Origin: an uncultured Acidobacteriota bacterium
GTDB taxonomy: Bacteria; Acidobacteriota; Thermoanaerobaculia; Multivoradales; UBA5704
Reading direction: 5' to 3'
NCBI GenBank assembly: GCA_963770895.1
Contig: CAVYRF010000001.1
Coordinates: forward strand, 1-64,000
DNA length: 64,000 nt
Position numbers and translations under genes: made by a program
The notes under the pieces: model-generated
The model's database searches: none
Told to the model about the DNA's origin: nothing
Seen by the model: only the letters and a program-made list of their open reading frames with translations
Part shown: positions 27,173 through 36,305 of the stretch, piece by piece
Position numbering within the stretch: position 1 is the stretch's first letter
Layout of the letters: each line of letters begins with the position of its first letter

Positions 27173-27781
27173 TCAGCCGGCGTAGGAGGCGCCGCGCGCG
27201 GCAGGCCGCGGCGAGGTGCGGCGGAAGGTGGTCAGCAGCTGGTCCACCTCGCGATAGCACTCCGAAAGCAGGTCTTCGCGCCGCGACAGGTCGCGCACCG
27301 ACAGCTCGTCGGAGGACAGCAGGCCGCGGCGCGTCAGGGCGTGCAACCGCACGTGGCCGGGGCGCGGCAGATCCTGGATGCCGCGCGGCCGCAGCTCCGA
27401 GGCGCAGGCTTCCATGGCGGCGACGGCCGAGCGCGCCGCCTGGCGCAACGGCTCGGGGGTGATGTCGCCGCCGACCCCGCCGGCGTCGCCCCAATACAGC
27501 GTGGCGCTGCCGTCGGCCAGCGCCACCACGATGGCGGTGCCGTTGGGGAACCCCATGTCGGCGACCGCGCCCCACACGCCGCCGCGGGTGTTGGGCACGG
27601 CGATGCCGATCTCTTCGGCAGTCAGGTTGAGCGCCTGCAAGCGCAGCTTGCCATTGATGCTGGCGGCGCGGGCAGCGGCCTGCAGGCAGGCCACCGGCCG
27701 CACCGGCCGCGCGCGCCACAGACCGGCCGCGAACACCAGCGTAAGGACAACGCCAAAGGCGCCAAGCACGAGGGCGGTCAT
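27173..27781 (-). CDS. Membrane-anchored hypothetical protein
   Basis: N-terminal TM helix; globular region VVALADGSATLY; TTGACA-N17-CAAGAT on the minus strand at 27894-27866. Confidence 0.75.
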   Translation of the reverse strand: MTALVLGAFGVVLTLVFAAGLWRARPVRPVACLQAAARAASINGKLRLQALNLTAEEIGIAVPNTRGGVWGAVADMGFPNGTAIVVALADGSATLYWGDAGGVGGDITPEPLRQAARSAVAAMEACASELRPRGIQDLPRPGHVRLHALTRRGLLSSDELSVRDLSRREDLLSECYREVDQLLTTFRRTSPRPAARGASYAG

Positions 27782-27927
27782 AGGCGCAAGTCACCCCACT
27801 GAGGTGAGCGGCACAGTGTGCTCTCCGCCGCACCAGTTTGCTTATTGTCAACTGCAGGTATCGCAATCTTGGGACCTCTCCCCCGCGCTGTCAAGCCCGC
27901 GCGCGGCGGACGCCGGATCGCTCCGGC

Positions 27928-27959
27928 CCGGCAGGTCGGCATCGACACCGGCCCGCCGG
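27928..27959 (-). terminator. GC-rich hairpin downstream of the peptide gene
   Basis: Minus-strand CCGGCGGGCCGGT-GTCGAT-GCCGACCTGCCGG, 13-bp stem with G-U pairs and one mismatch; no U-tract. Confidence 0.4.
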
Positions 27960-28033
27960 CGGTGGAGAGGGGCTGCCAGGTTCGGCCAGGCTGGCCGCCG
28001 CAGTGCCCGTGGGGTCCTACCAGGCGAGGGTGC

Positions 28034-28222
28034 CTAGCAGGCCGTGACCCCTGGGCACGTCGCGCAGGAGTTGCAGACGGTGCAGCCGACGGTGGCCGTG
28101 CACGCGGCTCCACAGTTGGTTTGCGGGACGCTCTGCCCCACCGCTTCACGCAGTCTGCTGGGATCCAACAGGAGCAGGCTTTCTCGGTGCAGGGTGAGGC
28201 GGCTGAGCTTTTTCTTGTTCAT
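28034..28222 (-). CDS. RiPP (lanthipeptide-like) precursor peptide, 62 aa
   Basis: MNKKKLSRLTLHRESLLLLDPSRLREAVG-QSVPQTNCGAACTATVGCTVCNSCATCPGVTAC; AGGAG RBS; LxLxRx5L leader; core has 7 Cys and 8 Ser/Thr. Confidence 0.8.
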   Translation of the reverse strand: MNKKKLSRLTLHRESLLLLDPSRLREAVGQSVPQTNCGAACTATVGCTVCNSCATCPGVTAC

Positions 28223-28309
28223 CGGGTTCTCCTGGAGTCTGCAAGCCCCGGCGTGGGGCGCAGGCGGCAGATGGCGCATCCAGTGCCTCCGCCGCTGGGC
28301 ATCAGTTCT

Positions 28310-28342
28310 ATTTATATTCGAAATGTAAATTATTTCAAAAAT
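28310..28342 (-). promoter_or_regulatory. Sigma70-like promoter with an overlapping imperfect palindrome, upstream of the peptide gene
   Basis: Minus-strand TTGAAA-N16-TATAAA (28338-28311); TTCGAAAT-N7-ATTTCAAA at 28317-28339; AT-rich island. Confidence 0.6.
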
Positions 28343-28517
28343 GTGAGCCTGGTGCGGCCGGGAGGCGGGGCGCGGGCGCGATGAAACACCCGATACCCGG
28401 CGCGCGTAAGTTGTTTTGCCTGGCGAGGTCGCCGGGCGCCGCAGCCCGCCACAGTTCGACTTGCATCCTGCCGCCTTGGAAGGGAGTGCGGCGGGCGAAG
28501 CGGCCAAGGAGGAGATC

Positions 28518-29735
28518 GTGCGAAAGAGATGGATAGTGGGCGCGCTGGTGCTGACTCTGGGCAGCGGCGCGATGATTGCGGCGGTGCGCGGCACGCGGCC
28601 GCCGGCGCCGGGCGACGAAGAGCTGCCGTTCCGTCTGGGCAAGGCGCAGACCGGCGACCTGCAGGTGAGCGTGCGCGAAGTTGGCACGGTCGACCCCGAA
28701 AACAAGGTGGACGTCAAGTCGGCGGTGTCGGGCCGCATCACCGCCATCAAGGTCAAGGAAGGCGATCGCGTGACGGTCGGCCAGGTGCTGGCCGAGGTGG
28801 AGCCCGACGTCAACCAGGCGCAGACCCTGTCGGACGTCAAGGCGGGGGTGGCGCAGGCGCAGGTCAAGCTGCACGACGCCGAGCGCGCCCTGGCGGTGCA
28901 GCAGGCGCTGTTCGACAACGGCCTGATCCCGCGCGACACGCTGCGGCCGTACGTGACGTCGCGCGACCTGTGTGCCGAGGACCTGGGCGCCGCCACCAGC
29001 CGTTACCAGATCGTCGAAAGCCGCGGCATCCCGATCTCGGGCGACGCCTCCAGCCAGGTGGCGCGCGTCACCTCGCCGATGACCGGCGTGGTGATCGCCA
29101 AGGTGATCCAGCTGGGGCAGACGGTGACCTCGGGCGTGTCGTCGTTCAACGAGGGCACCGTGCTGTTCACCGTCGCCGACCTCAAGTCGATGATCGTGCG
29201 GGTGAACTTGAACGAAGTCGATATCGCCAAGGTGAGCGTCGGCCAGCCGGTGCGCCTGACGCTCGACGCCTATCCGCAGAAGACGTTCACCGGCCGGGTG
29301 CGCTTCGTGGCGCCGGCGGCCAAGCTGCAGGACAAGATCAAGACCTTCCAGGTGGAGGTGGCGATCGATCACCTGGAGGACTCGTTCCGCACCGGCATGA
29401 GCGCCAACGTTGAGATCCTGGGCGAAAAGCGCGCCGGGACGCTGGCGATCCCGCTCGAGGCGTTGCAGCGGCGCGACGGCGCCACCGTCGCCTATCGGCT
29501 GAAGGACAAGCTGGATCCCGCGGCGATCGCCAAGGCGCGCGACGGCCTTGCCGGGCGCAACAAGTTCGTCTGGCTGTCCGACCACTGGCAGGACTACTTC
29601 GAGATCGTCCCGGTGCAAGCCGGCGTCGCCACCTTGGAGCGGGTCGAAGTGCTGGGCGGGCTGCATCCGGGCCAGCAGGTGGCGTTGGAAGACCCGACGC
29701 GCAAAAAGGTCGAGAAGGACGACGAGAACAACTGA
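28518..29735 (+). CDS. MacA-like periplasmic adaptor (membrane fusion protein)
   Basis: AGGAGGAG RBS; N-terminal TM; VDVKSAVSGRI...VKEGDRV lipoyl-like motif; SPMTGVV; NEVDIAKV; RTGMSANV. Confidence 0.9.
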   Translation: MRKRWIVGALVLTLGSGAMIAAVRGTRPPAPGDEELPFRLGKAQTGDLQVSVREVGTVDPENKVDVKSAVSGRITAIKVKEGDRVTVGQVLAEVEPDVNQAQTLSDVKAGVAQAQVKLHDAERALAVQQALFDNGLIPRDTLRPYVTSRDLCAEDLGAATSRYQIVESRGIPISGDASSQVARVTSPMTGVVIAKVIQLGQTVTSGVSSFNEGTVLFTVADLKSMIVRVNLNEVDIAKVSVGQPVRLTLDAYPQKTFTGRVRFVAPAAKLQDKIKTFQVEVAIDHLEDSFRTGMSANVEILGEKRAGTLAIPLEALQRRDGATVAYRLKDKLDPAAIAKARDGLAGRNKFVWLSDHWQDYFEIVPVQAGVATLERVEVLGGLHPGQQVALEDPTRKKVEKDDENN

Positions 29736-29736
29736 C

Positions 29737-30489
29737 ATGGCCGCTCCGATCATCGAAACCCGCCAGCTGGTCAAGGTCTTCGGCACCAGCGGCAACCAGG
29801 TGCACGCGCTGCGCGGCATCGACCTCACGGTCGAGGAAGGCGAATTCGTGGCGCTGATCGGGCCGTCGGGGTCGGGCAAGTCGACGCTGATGGCGATCCT
29901 GGGCTGCCTGGACTCGCCGTCCGGCGGCACCTACTGCCTGGCCGGCCGCTGGGTGCACGACCTGTCGGGCAGCGACCTGGCGCGGGTGCGCAACGAAAAG
30001 CTGGGCTTCGTCTTTCAGAGCTACAACCTGCTGCCGCGGGCGTCGGTGCGCCGCAACGTCGAGCTGCCGATGCTCTACGCCGGCGTCGGCCGGCGCGAAC
30101 GGCGGCAGCGAGCGGCCGAGCTGCTGGCGCGGGTCGGCATCGCCGACAAGGCCGACGCCCTGCCGGGGCAGCTGTCGGGCGGCCAGCGCCAGCGGGTGGC
30201 GGTGGCGCGAGCCCTGGCCAACCGCCCGGTGCTGCTGCTCGCCGACGAGCCCACCGGGGCGCTCGATTCGCAGACCGGCAAGGAGGTGCTGGGGCTGTTC
30301 CGCGACCTGCACCAGCAGGGCAACACGGTGCTGCTGGTCACCCACGACCCGGCGGTCGCGGCGCAGGCCGAGCGCCAGGTCGAGATCCGCGACGGCCTGG
30401 TGTACCAGGGGGATGCCGGGGACCATGGCCATGGCCACGGCCACGGCCATGGCGCCGATCATGCCGCCGGCGGCGAGGCGGCGGCATGA
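29737..30489 (+). CDS. ABC transporter ATP-binding protein (MacB/LolD type) with a His-Gly tail
   Basis: [33 protein letters not shown]. Confidence 0.95.
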   Translation: MAAPIIETRQLVKVFGTSGNQVHALRGIDLTVEEGEFVALIGPSGSGKSTLMAILGCLDSPSGGTYCLAGRWVHDLSGSDLARVRNEKLGFVFQSYNLLPRASVRRNVELPMLYAGVGRRERRQRAAELLARVGIADKADALPGQLSGGQRQRVAVARALANRPVLLLADEPTGALDSQTGKEVLGLFRDLHQQGNTVLLVTHDPAVAAQAERQVEIRDGLVYQGDAGDHGHGHGHGHGADHAAGGEAAA

Positions 30490-31757
30490 GCGGCGCCGGC
30501 GCGGCGGGCGCGGGCACGGGCGCCTGGAGCGAACGCTTCGCCGATGCCTGGATCGAGCTGCGCGAAAACCTGCCGCGGGCGGTGTTGCAGACGCTGGGCG
30601 TGATCCTGGGCGTCGCTTCGGTGGTCGGCGGCTTTTCGATCTCGGACAGCCAGCGCCACCAGTCGGAGCGTCTGTTCGTGCGCGTCGGCGGCCTCGACAA
30701 GTTGAACGTGCTGCCCTCGGCGGTGCTCGACGACGGCAGCCCGAGCGCCTTGCAGATGGCCAACCTGGGGCTGCGCGCCGACGACGCGGAGCGCGGCCGC
30801 CAGCTCGACACCGCCGCCGTCGAAGGCGCCAACGTGCAGCGGCTGCTGCGGGCGCGCGTGCGCTCCGACCTCGCCGACCAGGAGCGGTCGGTGACCGGCA
30901 TCGACGGCGACTACCTGGCGATGAACGGCTACGAGGTGGAGCAGGGGCGCGGCTTTTCGCCGCACGACATGGAGGTGGCGGCGCCGGTGGCGCTTTTGGG
31001 CAGCGGTGCGGCGGCCGATCTCTATCCGACCGGCGGCATCGTCGGCCGGCCGCTGCGCATCGGCGACGTGCCGGTGACGGTGGTCGGCGTGCTGCGCGAA
31101 AAGGTGTTCCATTTTCGCGACGGCGGCCACAACGTCTTCGCCTGGCGCAACCGCGTCGTGGCGGTGCCGGCGACGCTGCTCACCCGCCGCATGCAGGGCG
31201 ACGCGTACCGGCGCATGGACCGGGTGACGTTCCGCGTGCCGGATCTCAAGGCGCTGGTGATCTTCACCCGGTCGCTGGAGTCGCTGCTCAGGGGGAGCCA
31301 TCGCCAGCAGCGCGACTTCCGTCTGGACGACGTGGCGGCGCGCCTGCGGCGGATGATGAGCCAGGGGGACGTGTACAACGTCGTCTTCCTGCTGTCGGGA
31401 GTGCTGGCGCTGCTGGGCGGCGGCATGGTCAACGTCAACATCCAGATGGCGGCGCTCAAGGAGCGGGTGCGCGAGGTCGGGGTGAAGATGGCGATCGGCG
31501 CCTCGCAGGGCGAAATCTTCAAGTCGTTCATGACCGAGGCGTTCCTGCTGACGCTCTTCGGCACCGTGCTGGGCCTGGTCGTGGGGGTGGTCTTCTCGCG
31601 CATCATCACCGGCTCGATCGGCGTGCCGCTCGCCATCTCGGCGGCCAGCTTCGGCTGGGCGGCGCTGCTGGCCGGCGCCTTCGGCTTTGTCTTCGCGCTG
31701 GTTCCGGCGTGGAAGGCCAGCCGGCTGTCGCCGATGGAGGCCCTGCGCTATGAGTGA
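30486..31757 (+). CDS. ABC transporter permease (MacB/FtsX type)
   Basis: LQTLGVILGVASV, periplasmic core, ERVREVGVKMAIGA, PAWKASRLSPMEALRYE. Confidence 0.92.
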   Translation: MSGAGAAGAGTGAWSERFADAWIELRENLPRAVLQTLGVILGVASVVGGFSISDSQRHQSERLFVRVGGLDKLNVLPSAVLDDGSPSALQMANLGLRADDAERGRQLDTAAVEGANVQRLLRARVRSDLADQERSVTGIDGDYLAMNGYEVEQGRGFSPHDMEVAAPVALLGSGAAADLYPTGGIVGRPLRIGDVPVTVVGVLREKVFHFRDGGHNVFAWRNRVVAVPATLLTRRMQGDAYRRMDRVTFRVPDLKALVIFTRSLESLLRGSHRQQRDFRLDDVAARLRRMMSQGDVYNVVFLLSGVLALLGGGMVNVNIQMAALKERVREVGVKMAIGASQGEIFKSFMTEAFLLTLFGTVLGLVVGVVFSRIITGSIGVPLAISAASFGWAALLAGAFGFVFALVPAWKASRLSPMEALRYE

Positions 31758-33105
31758 GCCGGTCGCCGTCAGCATGACGGGCGCGGGGGCGCTGGTGCCG
31801 GAGGCGGCCGCCGGCCCATTGGCGATCCCGGCCGGCCGCGCGGTGGGCGCCGGCGCGTCGCGGCGCCGCGGCGTCGCGGCGCAGCTCAACCTGGGCGTCG
31901 AAGTGGTGATCGGCGGCGTGGTCGAGCTGTGGGCGCACAAGCTGCGCTCGCTGCTGACGCTCAGCCTGCTGGCGCTCGGGGTGTTCGCGCTGGTGGTGAT
32001 GACGTCGGTGCTCGACGGCATCATGGACAAGGTGTCGACCGGATTCGCCGGCATGAGCTGGGACGGCACCGTCGAGGTGGCGCCCAAGGACCCCAAGACC
32101 ACCGAAGACCAGAAGCGCTTTGCGATGAGCCCCGGGCTGCGCTACGAGGACCTGCAGCGGCTGACCGCCGCCTACCCGCGCATCACCGGATTCATCCCGC
32201 GCGCCTACCAGAACCTGCCGGTGCGCCTGCCGGGCGGCAGCGAAAAGATCTTCGTCACCGGCGTCAACGCCGACTACTCCCAGATGATGAATCGCCCGAT
32301 CGGCTTCGGCCGCGGCCTGACCGAAGACGACCTGCACCGCCATTCCACCGTCGCGGTGGCGGGCGCCACCCTGGCGTCCAAGCTGTTTGGCGGCGCCGAT
32401 CCGGTCGGCCGCGACCTGGTGGTCCAGGGCATCAGCTTCCGCCTGGTCGGAGTGCAGGCGCCGGAGCAGATGTTCAGCGACGACAACTACATGGATGCCA
32501 ACGGCCTGCTCATCCCGCTGACCACCTACATGGACCGCATCGACCCCGCCCACCAGCTCGCCAAGCTGGGCGTCAAGCTGGCCGCCAAGCGCGACATGGA
32601 CGAGGTGTCGGCGTTGCTGCTGGGGCGCGTCAAGCAGGCCCACCACGGCATCGAAGACGTCGAGATCAAAAACCTGGACGCCGAAAAGGCCCGCTCCTAC
32701 GAGAACTTCCTGCAGCAGATGCACGGTTGGAAGGTGGTGCTGTTCAGCCTGGCCGGCACCGTTCTGGTGGTGGGAGGCGTCGGCGTCCTGTCCGTGATGC
32801 TGATCTCGCTGTCGGACCGCCGCTACGAGATCGGCCTGCGCAAGGCGATGGGCGCCACCGACCCGCAGATCTTCACCCAGTTCCTGCTCGAAGCCCTGGT
32901 CCTGGCCGCGCTGGGCGCCGCCGCCGGCACCCTGGCCGGCAGCGCCGTCTGCCGCGCCCTGGCCGACAAGTTCCCCTGGGGGCTGATCGTCAACCCCCTG
33001 GGTCTGCTCGTCGCCTGGATCACCGCCCTGCTGCTGGCCGTCTGCTTCGGCCTCTATCCCGCCATCCGCGCCTCCCGCCTCTCCCCCATGGAAGCCATGC
33101 GGTAG
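31750..33105 (+). CDS. ABC transporter permease (MacB/FtsX type), second copy
   Basis: HKLRSLLT, GGVGVLSVML, DRRYEIGLRKAMGA, YPAIRASRLSPMEAMR. Confidence 0.92.
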   Translation: MSEPVAVSMTGAGALVPEAAAGPLAIPAGRAVGAGASRRRGVAAQLNLGVEVVIGGVVELWAHKLRSLLTLSLLALGVFALVVMTSVLDGIMDKVSTGFAGMSWDGTVEVAPKDPKTTEDQKRFAMSPGLRYEDLQRLTAAYPRITGFIPRAYQNLPVRLPGGSEKIFVTGVNADYSQMMNRPIGFGRGLTEDDLHRHSTVAVAGATLASKLFGGADPVGRDLVVQGISFRLVGVQAPEQMFSDDNYMDANGLLIPLTTYMDRIDPAHQLAKLGVKLAAKRDMDEVSALLLGRVKQAHHGIEDVEIKNLDAEKARSYENFLQQMHGWKVVLFSLAGTVLVVGGVGVLSVMLISLSDRRYEIGLRKAMGATDPQIFTQFLLEALVLAALGAAAGTLAGSAVCRALADKFPWGLIVNPLGLLVAWITALLLAVCFGLYPAIRASRLSPMEAMR

Positions 33106-33136
33106 CCGGGAGGGGGAGTGGGGCGGCGGCGCCCGG

Positions 33137-33610
33137 TCAAGCCGCCGGTCTGGCCGAGCGCAGCAGCGTCAGGGTGGAGTAGAGGTGGTGGGCTTCGTGG
33201 AGCAGGAAGAATTCGATCCAGTCGGCGATGGACATGGGGCCGAAGACGGCGTGGACACCGCGGCGGGCGAGGGCCGCGTCAGGCAGGGCGGTGACCGCGG
33301 CCACCAGGGCGGGCCGCAACCGCGTCAGCTCGCCGGTCACCTGGTCGAGCGGCAGCGCTGCCCAGCGCGGCCATTCGCTGTCTTCCTCGGCGCGATAGCG
33401 CGGTAGCTGCGGATCGGGCTCCGCCAGGATGAGCTCGATCCGCTGCAGGGTCACCGGGTGCAGGCGGCCGATATGGGCCAGCTGTTCGCGCGCCGACCAC
33501 TTGCCGGGCGCCGGCCGCCACTCGGCCGCCGCCGGCGCTGTGGCGGACAGCATCGTCGGCACGATGTCCAGCTGGGTACGCAGGCGCAGCAGGGTGGTTT
33601 CAGGCAGCAT
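33137..33610 (-). CDS. DinB-family protein
   Basis: WRPAPGKWSAREQLAH and HEAHH motifs. Confidence 0.85.
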   Translation of the reverse strand: MLPETTLLRLRTQLDIVPTMLSATAPAAAEWRPAPGKWSAREQLAHIGRLHPVTLQRIELILAEPDPQLPRYRAEEDSEWPRWAALPLDQVTGELTRLRPALVAAVTALPDAALARRGVHAVFGPMSIADWIEFFLLHEAHHLYSTLTLLRSARPAA

Positions 33611-33749
33611 GGCAACCTCGTCATGGTGCCGGCCGCAGGGCGGCCGGCGGTGTTGGACCGCGAGAACCGGATGTTCTACCGGGCCGTTGCAGGGATCATA
33701 GCGCCACTGGGCGGATGGTAGGATCGCCGGCGACCCGGAGGGAGATGCG

Positions 33750-34313
33750 ATGAGCGGCCGCAGCGATCGAGGCGCCGGCACCAGCAGTTCGCGCCGGAGG
33801 CTGCGCGCGGCGGTGCTGGCAGCGCTGGTCGCGGTCGTCGTGCTGCTGCTCATCGGACGCCGGCAGGCGGCGCCCGGGGGGGCGGCGGGCTTGCTGGGAC
33901 CAGGGTTTGGGCGGGGGCGGGGGCCGGCGAGCGCGGCGCCGGCGGGCGGGGCGAGCGCGGCCGGGGCGACGCTGCGGGTGGTGTCGGTGACGCTTGGCAA
34001 GGCGGTCGGGCCTGACAAGCGGGTGACCGCTGCGGCGAAGACCTTCGGCAAGGACGACACGATCTTCGCCGTGGTCGCGACCGAGGGCACGGCGTCGAAC
34101 GCCAACCTGACGGCCAGCTGGAGCGCGATGGGGGGCCTGCGCGGCAAGCGCACGATCAGCGCCGACACGCTGGTCGTCTCGCCGGCGGGCGCGGCGCAGA
34201 CCGTCTTCCAGATCCTGGCGCGCAAGGACGGCTGGGCCGCCGGCGACTACCAGGTGGAGATCCTGCTGGATGCCAGGGCGGTCGCCGCGCAGTCGTTCCG
34301 GGTGGTGCGCTGA
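33750..34313 (+). CDS. Membrane-anchored protein with an Ig-like beta domain
   Basis: Basic N-terminus, TM helix, linker, then WAAGDYQVEILLD. Confidence 0.7.
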   Translation: MSGRSDRGAGTSSSRRRLRAAVLAALVAVVVLLLIGRRQAAPGGAAGLLGPGFGRGRGPASAAPAGGASAAGATLRVVSVTLGKAVGPDKRVTAAAKTFGKDDTIFAVVATEGTASNANLTASWSAMGGLRGKRTISADTLVVSPAGAAQTVFQILARKDGWAAGDYQVEILLDARAVAAQSFRVVR

Positions 34314-34378
34314 TTGTCCCGGGATCGGCGCTCGTGACAACCTCCTCTGTAGAGCCTGACTGAATTCGAGGTGACACG

Positions 34379-36220
34379 ATGCCTACGATGCTGCGATCGG
34401 AGGAGGTGACGGTGGCGGGCAGGGCCAGAGCGCTGGCGGTCCTGGCGTTGTTCCTGGCGGCGGCGTACGTGCCGGCGGTCAGCGCGGCGCAGGGGCAGGC
34501 GGCCCCGGCAGGATCTGGAGCGGCGGCGCCCCCGGCGTCGCCGATGCCCCCTCCGAATGCTGCGCCCGAAGCGGCCGTCGCGCCGTTGGAAGAGTCGATC
34601 GAGGTCACGGTGGTCAGCCTGGACGTGGTGGTGCGCGACCGCTCGGGGAACCTGGTGCCGGGCTTGAAGCGGTCGGACTTCAAGCTGTTCGTGGATGGCA
34701 AGCCGGTCGACATCACCAACTTTTCCGCCTCCGGCCCCGGCCAGGCGCCGACCCCGGCGCCCGCCACGGCCGCCGCAGCTCCGGCGTCCCCGCCGGCGGC
34801 CGCCGCGGAAGAGGGTGCGCCGGCGCCGCAACACCTGTCGCTGGTGGTCTTTGTCGACAACGCGAACATGCGGCCGTTCGACCGCAACCGGCTGCTCAAG
34901 CAGCTGCGCGCGTTCCTGCAGAAGACCTTGCGGCCCGACGACCAGGTGCTGCTGGTCACCCACGATCCAGGGCTCCGCGTCCGCCATCTCTTCCACGACA
35001 GCGCTGCGTCGCTGTACTCCACCCTGGAGCAGCTGGAAAAGGAATCGGCGGTCGGTCTCAACCGGGACATCGCGGCGCGCCAGGAGCTGGACGAGCTGCG
35101 CGACCAGGTCAAGACCAACGGCTGCGGCGCGGTCGCCGGGGCGGTCAGCCAGGCCAAGTCGGACGCGGAGTCGGCGCTTGCCGACGCGCGGGAGACGTAT
35201 GGGACGTTGCATCACCTGCTCAAGTCGCTGGGCGGGGTCGGCGGGCGCAAGGCGCTGATCTATGTCGGCGACGGCATGGCCACTCACGTCGGCACGGCCA
35301 GCCTGGGGATGCTCCAGGATCTGTGCCCCAATGCGCATGTCACCTTCGAGGCGCTCGACGCGACGCCGCCGATGCGCCAGGTGATCGCCGACGCCAACGC
35401 CAACCTGATCACCTTCTACGCGCTGGAGGCGCGCGGCCTGGACGCCTACGTGTCCACCGAGCACGCCGGCAAGCCGCTGCTGTCGTTCGAGGTGTCGCGG
35501 CTGGCCGCGGTCGACCGGCAGGATTCGCTGCTCAGCCTGGCACGCGAGACCGGGGGTCGCGCGGCGATCAACGGCAACGATTTTGGCCGCGACCTGGAGG
35601 CGATGGCGACCGAGATGAACGCGTCGTATTCGCTCGGCTTCACCCCCGGCCACGCCGGCGAGGGCAAGGCGCACGACATCCGCGTCGAAGTGGACGTGCC
35701 GGGCAGCCGCGTCACCTACCGCAACAGCTACCGCGACCGCACCCTCCAGGAGCGCCTGGAAAGCCAGGTCGAAGCGGTGTTGATCCACGCCCAGACCGAC
35801 AACCCGCTGGCCGCGTCGGTCAAGATCGGCGACGCCGCGCCCGCCGAGCACGGCCGCGTGCTGCTGGCGGTGCAGGTCCGCGTGCCGTTCGGCAAGCTGG
35901 CCCTGGCGCCTGCCGCGGACGGCCGCCACGGCCGCGTCGACATCGTGTTCGGCGCCGCCGATGCCCGCGGTGCCATGGCACCTCTGCAGCGCATGCAGCT
36001 GCCGCTGCGCGTCCCCGAGGCGGACGCCAAGCGGGTGCTCGCCAGCCAGCTTGGCTACGACGCGAAGCTGCTGCTGACGCCCGGCCGCCAGCGGCTCGCC
36101 TTCCTGGTCCGGGACGACGTGGCGCGGATCTCTTCGTCGGTCGTTCAAGAGGTCGACGTGGACAAGGCGGGGAAGGTCACGCTGGCCGCCGCAGCGGCCG
36201 GTGGGCCTGCCGCACCCTGA
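34379..36220 (+). CDS. Acidobacterial-type VWA domain protein, secreted
   Basis: IEVTVVSLDVVVRDRSGNLVPGLKRSDF, LVVFVD, GRKALIYVGDG, LARETGG, YSLGF. Confidence 0.88.
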   Translation: MPTMLRSEEVTVAGRARALAVLALFLAAAYVPAVSAAQGQAAPAGSGAAAPPASPMPPPNAAPEAAVAPLEESIEVTVVSLDVVVRDRSGNLVPGLKRSDFKLFVDGKPVDITNFSASGPGQAPTPAPATAAAAPASPPAAAAEEGAPAPQHLSLVVFVDNANMRPFDRNRLLKQLRAFLQKTLRPDDQVLLVTHDPGLRVRHLFHDSAASLYSTLEQLEKESAVGLNRDIAARQELDELRDQVKTNGCGAVAGAVSQAKSDAESALADARETYGTLHHLLKSLGGVGGRKALIYVGDGMATHVGTASLGMLQDLCPNAHVTFEALDATPPMRQVIADANANLITFYALEARGLDAYVSTEHAGKPLLSFEVSRLAAVDRQDSLLSLARETGGRAAINGNDFGRDLEAMATEMNASYSLGFTPGHAGEGKAHDIRVEVDVPGSRVTYRNSYRDRTLQERLESQVEAVLIHAQTDNPLAASVKIGDAAPAEHGRVLLAVQVRVPFGKLALAPAADGRHGRVDIVFGAADARGAMAPLQRMQLPLRVPEADAKRVLASQLGYDAKLLLTPGRQRLAFLVRDDVARISSSVVQEVDVDKAGKVTLAAAAAGGPAAP

Positions 36221-36305
36221 CCGGCGGTGTTGGCGGGGGGGGCGGGTGCCGGCGGCCGGGGGGCCGCTCGCCGCAACGTCCGGATTGGCTGCAAGGGGGA
36301 TCGCG

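Noticed and set aside
28223-28996. Upstream part of the 320-aa ORF ending at 28034
   Set aside because: Antisense to the adaptor gene; RBS and promoter support a start at 28222
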